Sequence record: DRR723986_5547
Reading direction: 5' to 3' (one strand)
DNA length: 36,346 bases
The notes below the pieces were generated by a model. That model saw nothing but the letters and a program-made list of their open reading frames with translations. It searched no databases and had not been told where the DNA came from. This document shows positions 8,812 through 18,356 of the stretch, piece after piece. The position numbers and the translations under genes were made by a program. Every line of letters begins with the position of its first letter. Position 1 is the first letter of the stretch.

Positions 8812-9171
8812 GTGCAACAACTAGACCACCTAAAAAATCTTGTCATCATGGCCGCCGCGGACGGCTCGCTCTCCGAACAAGAAATTGCACTGCTCGTCGA
8901 TCGATGCTCTGATCTCGGATTGGCAGAAGAGGACCTCGAAAGCGCAATTGCTTTCGCGCTCAGCGGCGAGGCAAAACTAAAGTTTCCAATCGATCGTGCT
9001 GAGCAGGATCAGATGCTGGCAGATTTGATGCGAATGATGGCAGCAGATGGAAAGCTAACCGAGGTCGAAAAACGCCTGTTTGCTCTCGCTGCCGCCAAGA
9101 TGGGAATCTCGAAGCCGCAACTGGAAGCACTTATCGACAAACTGCTCTCCCCTGGCGCTCGCGATAACTAG
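8812..9171 (+). CDS. TerB-family (tellurite resistance-like) protein
   Basis: Duplicated TerB motif MAAADGSLSEQE ... MMAADGKLTEVE; start moved to in-frame GTG 8812, with GGAG at 8799-8802. Confidence 0.85.
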   Translation: MQQLDHLKNLVIMAAADGSLSEQEIALLVDRCSDLGLAEEDLESAIAFALSGEAKLKFPIDRAEQDQMLADLMRMMAADGKLTEVEKRLFALAAAKMGISKPQLEALIDKLLSPGARDN

Positions 9172-9851
9172 CCTTGGGCGGCACTGATGCAATCAGGCGA
9201 ATCGTTAGCTGGACGATTTACCAACGTAGAGACCTGCCGCGTCGCGAAAAAACCGCTCTCTATCGTGCCAAGCATCTCTCTTGCCCGCTGTGACGAAACG
9301 TTGACGTCGAGCCACATCGATGCCTGCTCAGGAAGAATAACCGCTGGCATCCGATCGTGAATATCTGCCAGTTGTTCGTTCGCCGCCACGGTCACTACCG
9401 TGCACGATGAAACCTCTTGCTCAGTCGCTTTCTTATTGGTGTCCCATAGTCCGGCCATCAGAAACACGCCTCCATCTGCTGGATGGATCCAGTGCGGTTG
9501 CTTGCCACCGCCAGTCAGCTTTTGCCATTCATAGTAGCCATCAGCCAAGATTAGGCATCGCCGATTCTCAACTAGTTTTGCAAACGAACGCTTCTCGTGC
9601 AGCGTCTCGCCTCGAGCATTGATCATACGGTTCCCGATTGACAACTCACGCGCCCAAAACGGCACGAGTCCCCAGCGAAAGACGGTATACTTCGCCTCTG
9701 CCCCCGCTCCTGCGACCAAGGCCGTGACTCCCTGCGTGGGAGCGACGTTGTATCGCGGTTTCACGTCCACGGGTGGAGTGCCCGTCTGCAGTGGCAACAG
9801 CATTTGAGCCCATTCATCTGCAGGCGTCTTGATTGTATATCGTCCACACAT
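9168..9851 (-). CDS. SOS response-associated peptidase (SRAP; YedK/HMCES abasic-site protecting family)
   Basis: N-terminal MCGRY (catalytic Cys2), RYNVAPTQ, WGLVP, INARGET, GYYEW and HDRMP. Confidence 0.95.
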   Translation of the reverse strand: MCGRYTIKTPADEWAQMLLPLQTGTPPVDVKPRYNVAPTQGVTALVAGAGAEAKYTVFRWGLVPFWARELSIGNRMINARGETLHEKRSFAKLVENRRCLILADGYYEWQKLTGGGKQPHWIHPADGGVFLMAGLWDTNKKATEQEVSSCTVVTVAANEQLADIHDRMPAVILPEQASMWLDVNVSSQRAREMLGTIESGFFATRQVSTLVNRPANDSPDCISAAQG

Positions 9852-9892
9852 AAGCCAACTTCTGTCAACGAATTAAGAAACGAACCAACAGG

Positions 9893-10231
9893 ATGACCAA
9901 CGACTCGTTAACGTTGCCCGAGATCGTCGAAATTGTAACGACTTTCGAAAACGAGAAGCAAGCGCAGGAGGTTGCAGGGGAATTGGTCAACCAACGTTTG
10001 GTCGCCTGCGGTCAAGTCGACGGACCGACGACAAGCATTTACCAGTGGAACGATGCGGTGAACACTGGCATTGAATACCGTTGCAGCTTAAAAACCCTCG
10101 CAGCAATTCTTCCGCAGACACTTGCGAAACTGAACGAACTCCACCCGTACGAAGTGCCGCAGATTATCGTACGGAAAGTCTCTAGCTCTCAAGAGTATTA
10201 CGACTGGGTCACCAAGTGCGTCAAGCAATAG
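9893..10231 (+). CDS. cutA: Divalent-cation tolerance protein CutA
   Basis: RLVACGQV, SIYQW, LKT, HPYEVPQI and YYDW. Confidence 0.92.
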   Translation: MTNDSLTLPEIVEIVTTFENEKQAQEVAGELVNQRLVACGQVDGPTTSIYQWNDAVNTGIEYRCSLKTLAAILPQTLAKLNELHPYEVPQIIVRKVSSSQEYYDWVTKCVKQ

Positions 10232-10326
10232 CTGCAAACAGAACACAACCTTGCCCCAGTAACACCACCTCTGATGGCCTGACCTAGTTCGCGGGCTAAA
10301 GGGATTGTGAACAGGGGTCGAAATAC

Positions 10327-10983
10327 CTAGCCAAGATCCCCGACGTCAATCCGATCTTCTCCATCGACAGGGACTTGCTTGGGCGGCGAGTGCTTGTAGA
10401 AGCCAGTTCGCAAGTGGTGCCTCACATGGACCGGTCGAATGTCCTCGCGGTAAAACTCTCGCTGGAGGATCAAGTCGTCACGCTGAAGATGAAACGAAAT
10501 TTGGCCCGTTTTCTGATCAAAGAAAATACCTGCAATGCGAAACAAGCCAGGGTCATTCTTCCCAAGCCGCGCCAGCAATTCAACTTGCTGCCCTACTTCC
10601 AGATCGAGTTTGTGGTCCAGCCTGTTCCAAAGAGTAGGCTTTAAGCGAAGGCGGCAATCTCCGTAGAGAAACGTGTAGTAATTCTCGTCCCAGTCCACTC
10701 GCTTGAAGACTCGTTTGCTCGGGATCATCGTCCTAGCAAGTTCGACGTCCTCGGGGTGGATCCAATCAACGCCAGCCTCAGGCCAACTTGCGAAGACTCC
10801 CCAATCGGGCAACTTCGGACGATACCCCGGAGCATTATCACGTTCAACCGAAACTGAGCTTGTCCCATCATCCAGCTTCAAAGGAGCCAGTTCTTGCGAG
10901 CCAGCAGTTTCGGGAGCGGTACTTCGGCTCTGAGGCAGACCAGATTCGGATTCAGTGCGATCATTTGGATTGGAAGAATTCAC
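10327..10983 (-). CDS. Conserved planctomycete hypothetical protein (resembles DUF6960 family)
   Basis: WG....WPE.G.DWIHPED motif recalled from this family; GTG start overlaps the yidD stop (GTGA); disordered N-terminus. Confidence 0.65.
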   Translation of the reverse strand: MNSSNPNDRTESESGLPQSRSTAPETAGSQELAPLKLDDGTSSVSVERDNAPGYRPKLPDWGVFASWPEAGVDWIHPEDVELARTMIPSKRVFKRVDWDENYYTFLYGDCRLRLKPTLWNRLDHKLDLEVGQQVELLARLGKNDPGLFRIAGIFFDQKTGQISFHLQRDDLILQREFYREDIRPVHVRHHLRTGFYKHSPPKQVPVDGEDRIDVGDLG

Positions 10984-11231
10984 GGTGGGTCAAATCCTCC
11001 CTTACTGAATGGATGGCAGCGGCAAATTCGGCGAGTGCCCTTCCATAGCCCCCGGATCGCTCCATATTTCCGGATTGCTTCGATCATGTACTGGCTACAC
11101 GTCGGTTGAAATCGACAACTGGGACCGATCAGCGGCGATATCCCGCGCTGGTAGACCCGAACGGCCTGCACCAACACTGCGGCAGGCAGACCAAGAATCC
11201 GCTGAAATAGTGACCGACTGTGCGTCAACAT
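10980..11231 (-). CDS. yidD: Membrane protein insertion efficiency factor YidD
   Basis: YQRGISP...[11 protein letters not shown]...AIRKYG...[16 protein letters not shown]. Confidence 0.95.
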   Translation of the reverse strand: MLTHSRSLFQRILGLPAAVLVQAVRVYQRGISPLIGPSCRFQPTCSQYMIEAIRKYGAIRGLWKGTRRICRCHPFSKGGFDPP

Positions 11232-11247
11232 GACTAACCTGGATCGC

Positions 11248-12666
11248 CTAAGCCAGAATGGGTTTGATCAATTTCCCGCCCACGTCAGTCAGCCTAAAGT
11301 CCCGACCTTGGAAAGGATAGGTGAGCTTCAAGTGATCGATGCCAAACAAGTGCAACATCGTCGCATGCAAATCATTGATATGCACCGAATCTTCCACTGC
11401 GTTGTAGCCAAGTTCGTCCGTATTGCCGTATGACATGCCTGGCTTAATTCCGCCCCCGGCCATCCACAGCGAAAACCCTTTAATGTGATGATCCCGCCCT
11501 GAACCTTGTGCCATGGGCGTCCGCCCGAACTCGCCGCCCCAAATGACCAGCGTATCTTTGAGCATACCGCGTTGCTTCAAATCTTTGACCAGTGCCATAG
11601 TTCCCTGGTCAACTAAGCCAGCCGTTGTCTGGGTACCTTTCTTGACTCCGCCATGATGGTCCCAACCTCGATGATACAACTGGACGAATCGGACACCTCG
11701 TTCAGCCAACCGCCGTGCGAGCAGACAATTTGCGGCAAAGCTGCCATCTGCGCCTTCGGTTCCGTACAGGTCGAGAACATGCTGAGGCTCGTCAGCAATG
11801 TCCATCAACTCAGGCACGGATGTCTGCATCTTGAATGCCATCTCGTACTGCGCAATCCGCGTGCTAATCTCCGGATCATTCCAATAGTCATTCCCGATGT
11901 GATTGAGCGCATTTGTTGCATCAACCAACTCCCGCTGCATCGCCGAGCTGACGCCATCGGGGCGACCAACATAGAGAACTGCATCACCCTTGGATCGAAA
12001 CTCAACGCCTTGAAAACGACTGGGCAAGAATCCACTGTGCCACTGCCGAGAAGCAATTGGCTGCGACTGACCGCCGCCTTCGCTGGTCATGACAACGTAG
12101 CCTGGCAAATCGTCCGCCAAACTCCCAAGGCCATATTGAAGCCAAGACCCCATCGAGGGCCGCCCAGGAATACTCGTACCGGTATTCATCAGTGTATGCG
12201 CTGGATCGTGATTAATCTGTTCAGTGTGCATCGACTTGATTAGACAGATATCGTCTGCGATTTCACTGATACGCGGCAAAATACTGCTCACCATCAGCCC
12301 TGAATCGCCCTGCGGTGCAAACTCGTGTTGTGGTCCCATGCACTTGAGAGAGTCTCGCTGCCCTTGCAATTGCGCGATTTGCTGCCCTTCGGTGAATGAC
12401 TTGGGCATTGGCTTGCCGTCCAACTCGGCCAACTTCGGCTTGTAGTCAAACGTTTCCAGGTGCGATGGCCCGCCAGCCATGCAGAGATGAATGACGCGCT
12501 TGACCTTCTGCGGAAAATGCAGTGGCGAAACAACTCCTGTCCACCGTTCCGAAGTGTCCGCGCGGCTTTCTCGGCCAGCGAGCGCGCTCAAGGCCATTGC
12601 TCCAACGCCAACCGAACCACGTCGAAGGAAAGTCCGGCGGAGACTGTTGGTTACCCAGTCGTTCAT
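11248..12666 (-). CDS. DUF1501 domain protein (sulfatase-like, Tat-exported)
   Basis: Twin-arginine motif [49 protein letters not shown] and GRDH. Confidence 0.92.
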   Translation of the reverse strand: MNDWVTNSLRRTFLRRGSVGVGAMALSALAGRESRADTSERWTGVVSPLHFPQKVKRVIHLCMAGGPSHLETFDYKPKLAELDGKPMPKSFTEGQQIAQLQGQRDSLKCMGPQHEFAPQGDSGLMVSSILPRISEIADDICLIKSMHTEQINHDPAHTLMNTGTSIPGRPSMGSWLQYGLGSLADDLPGYVVMTSEGGGQSQPIASRQWHSGFLPSRFQGVEFRSKGDAVLYVGRPDGVSSAMQRELVDATNALNHIGNDYWNDPEISTRIAQYEMAFKMQTSVPELMDIADEPQHVLDLYGTEGADGSFAANCLLARRLAERGVRFVQLYHRGWDHHGGVKKGTQTTAGLVDQGTMALVKDLKQRGMLKDTLVIWGGEFGRTPMAQGSGRDHHIKGFSLWMAGGGIKPGMSYGNTDELGYNAVEDSVHINDLHATMLHLFGIDHLKLTYPFQGRDFRLTDVGGKLIKPILA

Positions 12667-12730
12667 GTTACTTAACCGTGCAAAAGTTGCTTTTTAGATT
12701 GGTTCCAGTAGTTTCGACCACAGCCAGATG

Positions 12731-15700
12731 CTAGTTTCGTGTGATCGTCTCGTGCATGTTCAGAACGGAGCGAGCCACGTTGGTCCAAGCGGCCAATGTG
12801 ATCGAATCGATTTCGATGTCGCGAGGACTTTGGCCGATAGAAATTAAACGCTCGGCTTCATCGGGTGCATTGCGGAATTGTGCTAGGTTTGAGTCCAAGA
12901 GGCTTTGGAGGATCTCCAGCTCAGGTTTCCGCGCTGGCCGCCCCAGTGAACGGAAAAACAACTCGGCAAGCTGCTCAGACGGATCGACATCGCTGAGTAT
13001 CAATTGCGCCAGATTTCGAGCAGCCTCGATGTATGACGGATCGTTGAGCAAAACCAACGCGGCCAGTGGCGTGTTCGAACGTGGCCGCTCGGCGGTACAC
13101 TCTTCACGAGCGGGTGCATCCATACTCTGCAATGCAGGGTGAAGAAACTGCCGTTGCCAGTGTGTATATACACCGCGCCGAAACTGTTCAGAACCGTCGT
13201 CCGACTGGTAGGTACGCCTTGGGAAATTCAAATGGCGATAGAGCCCCTCGGGTTGATACGGCTTCACACTACGCCCACCAATTTCCCGAACCAACAATCC
13301 GCTAATCGCAAGTGCATTGTCACGTACGTTTTCGGCAGGCAAACGAAATCTCGCTTGCCGAGCAAACAGGCGGTTGTAAGGATCGCGCTCAAGCGCCCCG
13401 GGCGATGGCACTGACGACTGCTGATAAGCGCCAGAGAGAACAAGCAAACGCACCATCCGCTTAACATCCCAGCCGGAATCTACAAACTCAACACTCAGAG
13501 CATCCAACAAACGCGCGTGCTCGGGTGGACGACCTTGTGCACCAAAGTCATCCAACGATGCACTCAGCCCGCCACCAAAATACAACTTCCACAGCCGGTT
13601 CACAAAGACACGTGCAGTTAATGGATTGTCCGAGCTGCAGATCCATTTGGCGAGATCGATACGATCCATGCGGGCTGAATCTTCAGCAGTAGACGACTCA
13701 CTTTGCTCACCAGGTTGCAGAAACCCCGGAATAGCTGGTAGCACGACATCACCAGACTTGTCCATCCAATTGCCTCGCGGAAGAACCCGAATCTCCCTGG
13801 GTTCAACAGACTGCGTGATGAGCATGGTCCTCGTATGCTCTGCCGTCAGTTGGTCTCGTTTCTTGTTGAGTGAATCGATTTGCATTCGCAGCGACTCAGT
13901 CAAATCGCTCTGCTGGCGGAAGTATGAGCGGACGGCATTTTCCTGTTCGTTGGTTCGATCCGATTCTGAAGCAACGACGCTTAAAACGGCCTCCGGAATT
14001 GTAACCGGCAAGCTATCCTGCCAGCTCTTGGCAAAGTGCACACGAAAACTGCCCAGCGTGTGCTTGGGGTTCGTGTGATTCTGTTTGATAACGACCTCTA
14101 GGGTCTCAGTTTGATCGCTGCCGCCAGCGTCTTCACCCGCCGCGATGACCTCGTCGAACGCAATAGCAAGGGTGTTGGACTCAGTGGCTCGCGGCAGCAC
14201 GGCCCAACCGTATGTGCCACCTTTTGCGTCGCCGTCAATGGTTGCTTCTGCCTTCCAACCACCAAATGGATTTTTGTCACTGCCATCAGCCTGCTCATGA
14301 TTGGCAATCGCCTTTGCAAGCTTCACGGGCATTCCGCCCTTGTTAACAATAACTTCGGTGATGACAAAATTGCCATTCCCTGCCCTGCCCGCCCCCTTGG
14401 CTGGCATGGAATCATGAGGCACCGTCTGGATTGCGATCGCGGCCAAATCGGCCTTTAGCGGGAAACTCAGCTTATAGGTTGCTGTAGCGGGGCTTTTCCC
14501 CGACGCAAGAACATGTCCATCTTCGCGAACGACCAACTTGGCTCCACCGGTGCTCGTGGCCGACTCGGGAACCGCAACACGCCAGTCACCGGAACTGAGG
14601 ACTTCCTTCTCCCAGTCGGCCTGCGCGTCGTCCCAGGCGTCGTTGGGGCCAGCCAACCGTTTTTCGAGAGCATTGATTTGTTCGTCGACGGGCTCAAGCA
14701 GTCGCTCCAATACTGGGTGAGCTACATCGATTTTGGGCCCCCAAGCACCGTCGCGATTTGCACCACTGTACAGCCCTCGTTCCTTGATATCAGCAAAGAA
14801 AGCCGCATAGCTATAGAAGTCACGCGTCGAAAAGGGATCAAATTTATGGTCATGGCATTCGGCGCACCCAACGGTCGAACCAAGCCATGCTCCAGAGAGC
14901 GTTCTTACTCGATCAGCGGCGTACTTCACCAAGTACTCTTCAGGTTGCACGCCACCTTCGGCTGACATCATGCCAAGCTTGTTGTAGCCACTAGCAACCA
15001 ACTGCTCCTGGGAGGGATTCTCCAGCAGGTCGCCGGCCAATTGCTCCAGAGTAAACTCATCGAATGGTTTGTTCGAATTGAACGCGTTGATCACGTAATC
15101 TCGAAATGGCGAAACCGAAACATCTTGGTCTCCGTGATATCCAACCGTGTCTGCGTAGCGAACCAGATCTAGCCAGTAGATAGCCAGCCGTTCTCCGAAT
15201 GCGGGATCGGCCAAGTAGCGGTCAACGAGCCGTCGGTATGCATCAGGCGAAGTGTCGCTGATGAAGCTGCGAACTTCCGAGGCGGTCGGCGGCAAGCCAC
15301 GCAGATCTTGGCTGAGTCGCCGAATGAGCGTCCTGCGGTCGGCGGGTGCAGACGGCTCGAGCCCCTCAGAAGAAAGTTTTTCAAGCAGCAAGGCATCAAC
15401 AACATTGGTTGCCCAAGCCTCGCCTCGCGCGTGCCTGGAAAAGTCGTGCACCTTGAGCTCGTTGCGATCTGGCAACTGATACGCCCAGTGGTCATCCCAC
15501 TGAGCCCCTTGCTTAATCCAACGTCTAAGGAGCTCAACCTCCGACGCGTCCAATTGCTTCAGCCCATCGGCGGGTGGCATTTTCAAATCTGGATCATCAG
15601 AAGCAATCCTCGCCACGAGCTCACTGTCCTCGGGCTTGCCTGCAACAATTGCAGCATAGCCGCCTAGATCGGCCGTCGCACCGCTTAGCTGGTCCAAGCG

Positions 15701-15898
15701 AAGCCCCGCTTCCCGGTTACTGGAATCCGGGCCGTGGCACGCAAAACACTTATCAGACAAAATTGGTTTGATGTCTCGGACGAAATCAATTTCGCCATCG
15801 GCAGCGTTGACCATCGCTGTCGAGGCAAAAACAAGTCCAGTGGTCATCATCCACCGCAGGCCGCGAACCAAATCGGTCGCCGAGACAAAATCAAGCAT
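12731..15898 (-). CDS. Planctomycete cytochrome c (PSCyt1) / DUF1549 (PSCyt2) / DUF1553 (PSD1) protein
   Basis: Signal peptide; DF.RDIKPILSDKCFACHGPD; LIRRLSQDLRGLPPT; WLDLVRYADT; CAECHDHKFDP; NPLTARVFVNRLW; RSNTPLAALVLLND; C-terminal LNMHETITRN. Confidence 0.93.
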   Translation of the reverse strand: MLDFVSATDLVRGLRWMMTTGLVFASTAMVNAADGEIDFVRDIKPILSDKCFACHGPDSSNREAGLRLDQLSGATADLGGYAAIVAGKPEDSELVARIASDDPDLKMPPADGLKQLDASEVELLRRWIKQGAQWDDHWAYQLPDRNELKVHDFSRHARGEAWATNVVDALLLEKLSSEGLEPSAPADRRTLIRRLSQDLRGLPPTASEVRSFISDTSPDAYRRLVDRYLADPAFGERLAIYWLDLVRYADTVGYHGDQDVSVSPFRDYVINAFNSNKPFDEFTLEQLAGDLLENPSQEQLVASGYNKLGMMSAEGGVQPEEYLVKYAADRVRTLSGAWLGSTVGCAECHDHKFDPFSTRDFYSYAAFFADIKERGLYSGANRDGAWGPKIDVAHPVLERLLEPVDEQINALEKRLAGPNDAWDDAQADWEKEVLSSGDWRVAVPESATSTGGAKLVVREDGHVLASGKSPATATYKLSFPLKADLAAIAIQTVPHDSMPAKGAGRAGNGNFVITEVIVNKGGMPVKLAKAIANHEQADGSDKNPFGGWKAEATIDGDAKGGTYGWAVLPRATESNTLAIAFDEVIAAGEDAGGSDQTETLEVVIKQNHTNPKHTLGSFRVHFAKSWQDSLPVTIPEAVLSVVASESDRTNEQENAVRSYFRQQSDLTESLRMQIDSLNKKRDQLTAEHTRTMLITQSVEPREIRVLPRGNWMDKSGDVVLPAIPGFLQPGEQSESSTAEDSARMDRIDLAKWICSSDNPLTARVFVNRLWKLYFGGGLSASLDDFGAQGRPPEHARLLDALSVEFVDSGWDVKRMVRLLVLSGAYQQSSVPSPGALERDPYNRLFARQARFRLPAENVRDNALAISGLLVREIGGRSVKPYQPEGLYRHLNFPRRTYQSDDGSEQFRRGVYTHWQRQFLHPALQSMDAPAREECTAERPRSNTPLAALVLLNDPSYIEAARNLAQLILSDVDPSEQLAELFFRSLGRPARKPELEILQSLLDSNLAQFRNAPDEAERLISIGQSPRDIEIDSITLAAWTNVARSVLNMHETITRN

Positions 15899-16058
15899 TC
15901 TGACTATATTCCCATGAGTCGCGTAAGCGTTTTAAGGCCACTATATCTTACTAGAGCAACCGGCTTTCTGCTCATCCTTCTAACCGCCAGCCACCTCTTT
16001 CCGTCCAGCTTCCGAACCTGTTGCCCTGCCATTGGGCCGTTTCCTGAGTTTCTCGTTC

Positions 16059-16514
16059 ATGCAAATATCGATTCGCCCCTACCAAGAGCTTGAAGAACAG
16101 ATCCGCCAGATTCGCGAAACTGTTTTCATCCAAGAACAGCAAGTCAGCCGGGAAGATGAATTTGACGGCCGTGACGACGACTGCGTACAGGTTCTCGCCA
16201 GCGAAGGCCAACAGTTGCTAGGTACCGGGCGACTGGATCCACAGAAGGGCGGCAAAGTCGGACGAGTCGCCGTCATGAAGGAACATCGCCGCAAGGGTAT
16301 TGGCAAGCAAATCATGCTGGCCCTCGAGTCGGAAGCGGCCCGACTGGGCTTAGACCGCGTCTGGTTTCACGCACAATTGCAAGCGGTGCCATTTTACCTG
16401 CAACTCGGGTACCAGCGCGAAGGGGAAGTCTTTCAAGAGGCTGGAATAGACCACGTCAAAATGTTCAAACTCCTCGAGCCCGACGCCAGTTCAACAAGGC
16501 CCACACAATCTTAG
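16059..16514 (+). CDS. GNAT-family N-acetyltransferase (ElaA/YjcF-like)
   Basis: IRETVFIQEQ, GTGRL, VGRVAV...RRKGIG (acetyl-CoA motif), AVPFY..LGY and EAGIDH; start moved to ATG 16059. Confidence 0.92.
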   Translation: MQISIRPYQELEEQIRQIRETVFIQEQQVSREDEFDGRDDDCVQVLASEGQQLLGTGRLDPQKGGKVGRVAVMKEHRRKGIGKQIMLALESEAARLGLDRVWFHAQLQAVPFYLQLGYQREGEVFQEAGIDHVKMFKLLEPDASSTRPTQS

Positions 16515-16531
16515 GCCCGCAAGAGAACAAC

Positions 16532-17575
16532 ATGAAAGTAGCCTACATGAGCGGCGGAGCCTTCGTTCCATCTGCTCGATTTCGATTACCGTTCTACGAC
16601 CAACTGAGCCAGCGAGGTCATCAGTGCACCATTCTGCACAGCGTGCCTGAAAAGTATGACGGCTACAAGTGGCTGGGGTGGAGGCTGAGCCAACGCCTGA
16701 AACGCCAAGTCCGCAAATGGCATCTCAGCAAGTTGCGTCGGGGCGACTACGATGTAGTGGTTCTCGATCGAGGGCTATTCCATAGTGACGATTGGTCGTT
16801 GGAACAGGAACTTCGCAAATTCGCGAAGAGAATCGTATTGGAAGTTGACGATGCGGTGTTTCTGGAATTCCCAGACAAAATGGCTGGACTCGCAGCTTTG
16901 GCGGATCACGCCATCGCCGGTAATGAAGCACTAGCACAGTGGCTTCGCCCTCACGCCCGCGAAACCTCAATCATCCCAACTTGCGTCGACGCCGACCGCT
17001 ACCAGCCCAAACCTGCAGCGAGCAGTACCAACGAGCCACTGACAATCGGTTGGATTGGCTCAGCAGGCAACGTAGCGATGCTGAAAGTCTGCGCTGCCCC
17101 GCTGCGACGCCTGGCAAAGACGCAGCCGTTTCGCCTGAGAGTTATTTCCGGGCCAGGTCACCAACTTAACGAAGTTGATTTGAATGGCGTTGACGTCCAG
17201 TGGGTCGACTACAGAACCTGTGATGAACTGTCCGAACTTCACAAGATGGACATCGGCATCATGCCACTACCAGCGGGGCAACCCTACATGGAGTACAAGT
17301 GCAATGCAAAGATGGTGCAGTACCTGACCGTTGGTCTACCCGCGGTTGGCTCTGCTATTGGGTACAACCATACCCTGATTGACCACGGTGTAAATGGTTT
17401 CCTCGCCAACGATGATGAACAATGGTACGCCAGTCTCATTCGGCTCGCCGCAGATGAACAACTGCGAAAGAAGATCGGCTCAGCAGCGCGAGCCAGCATG
17501 CTCACCTCGCACACCGTTCAGTCCAGAATTGAACAGTTCGAAGACATCCTCAGCGGCCGTAAAACACCTTCGTAG
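16532..17575 (+). CDS. Glycosyltransferase family 4 protein
   Basis: SARFR, EVDDA, IIPTCVD, IGWIGS, DIGIMPL, K...KMVQY..VGLPAVGS.IG and HGVNGFL. Confidence 0.88.
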   Translation: MKVAYMSGGAFVPSARFRLPFYDQLSQRGHQCTILHSVPEKYDGYKWLGWRLSQRLKRQVRKWHLSKLRRGDYDVVVLDRGLFHSDDWSLEQELRKFAKRIVLEVDDAVFLEFPDKMAGLAALADHAIAGNEALAQWLRPHARETSIIPTCVDADRYQPKPAASSTNEPLTIGWIGSAGNVAMLKVCAAPLRRLAKTQPFRLRVISGPGHQLNEVDLNGVDVQWVDYRTCDELSELHKMDIGIMPLPAGQPYMEYKCNAKMVQYLTVGLPAVGSAIGYNHTLIDHGVNGFLANDDEQWYASLIRLAADEQLRKKIGSAARASMLTSHTVQSRIEQFEDILSGRKTPS

Positions 17576-17633
17576 ACCGAGCGCTCTCGCAAACCTAACT
17601 TGCGCCTACCGGCCATGACGGAGCAGCCAACCT

Positions 17634-18230
17634 TCACATACTTCTCACTACACCGGTGACCACGCCGATGATCTCGGCCGACTCGACGAATAGAGGGGCG
17701 GCCCGAGAATCCACTGCGCTGAGTCGCACACGGCCGGCTTCGCTGTGCCAATACCGAACCAAAATAGATTCCCCAGTCCGCACAACGGCAAGTTCACCGT
17801 TGCGGACAACATCACGCGGTGCAACAACCAAGACGTCTCCCTTGGCAATGTGAGCCTCGTGCATGCTCTCATCGCCAACACGGAGCACACTGCTTCCAGG
17901 TTGCACAAAAGAGGTCAGATGCACCGGTTCTTCAATATCGCCCTCGCTGGGGGCGAGCCCTCCACCGGCCAAGACACCCATCACCGGAAGATCTGCGCTG
18001 ACAATGCGTGCGATGGGCTCAGTAAGTTCAATTGCGCGACTTTTATTCTTCGCGCGTACGATCATGCCCTTGGCTTCCAAGGCACGCAGGTGACAGGCCA
18101 CACCGTTGGGTGAACTAAAATTCATGTGCGTCTGAATCTCACGCATCGTCGGACCGTAGCCCCGAGCGAGAATCTGCTCACGAATAAAGTTGTAGATCAC
18201 CTGTTGCTTGCGGGTCAGAGGACGAGGCAT
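17634..18230 (-). CDS. lexA: LexA-family transcriptional repressor with degenerate peptidase S24 domain
   Basis: LT.KQ..IY.FI...I...GYGPT.REI...SPNGV.CHL.ALE.KG.I.R..NKSRAI DNA-binding domain; C-terminal LRV..ESM, GD..VV, NG.. and IIG.V.GV.R; catalytic Lys absent. Confidence 0.85.
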   Translation of the reverse strand: MPRPLTRKQQVIYNFIREQILARGYGPTMREIQTHMNFSSPNGVACHLRALEAKGMIVRAKNKSRAIELTEPIARIVSADLPVMGVLAGGGLAPSEGDIEEPVHLTSFVQPGSSVLRVGDESMHEAHIAKGDVLVVAPRDVVRNGELAVVRTGESILVRYWHSEAGRVRLSAVDSRAAPLFVESAEIIGVVTGVVRSM

Positions 18231-18245
18231 GTGGAAGCAACTAGG

Positions 18246-18340
18246 AAGAACATCGGAGAAAACAACGACGAGAACTCACAGCGAGGAAGCCCCCGCAGGT
18301 GTACAGCGGGACTCCCGGCGCAGGCATACGGTCTACAACG
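18246..18340. promoter_or_regulatory. Direct repeats upstream of the lexA-like gene (candidate operator sites)
   Basis: RAAC cores at 12-bp period (18248, 18260, 18272); GGTGTACAGCG (18298-18308) and GGTCTACAACG (18330-18340), 32 bp apart. Confidence 0.3.
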
Positions 18341-18356
18341 CGCCCACTCGAGGCGA

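Noticed and set aside
16059-17575. GNAT-GT4 pair as a toxin-antitoxin or dedicated biosynthetic cluster
   Set aside because: The GNAT is ElaA/YjcF-like with no antitoxin ORF, and no other polysaccharide genes are adjacent.
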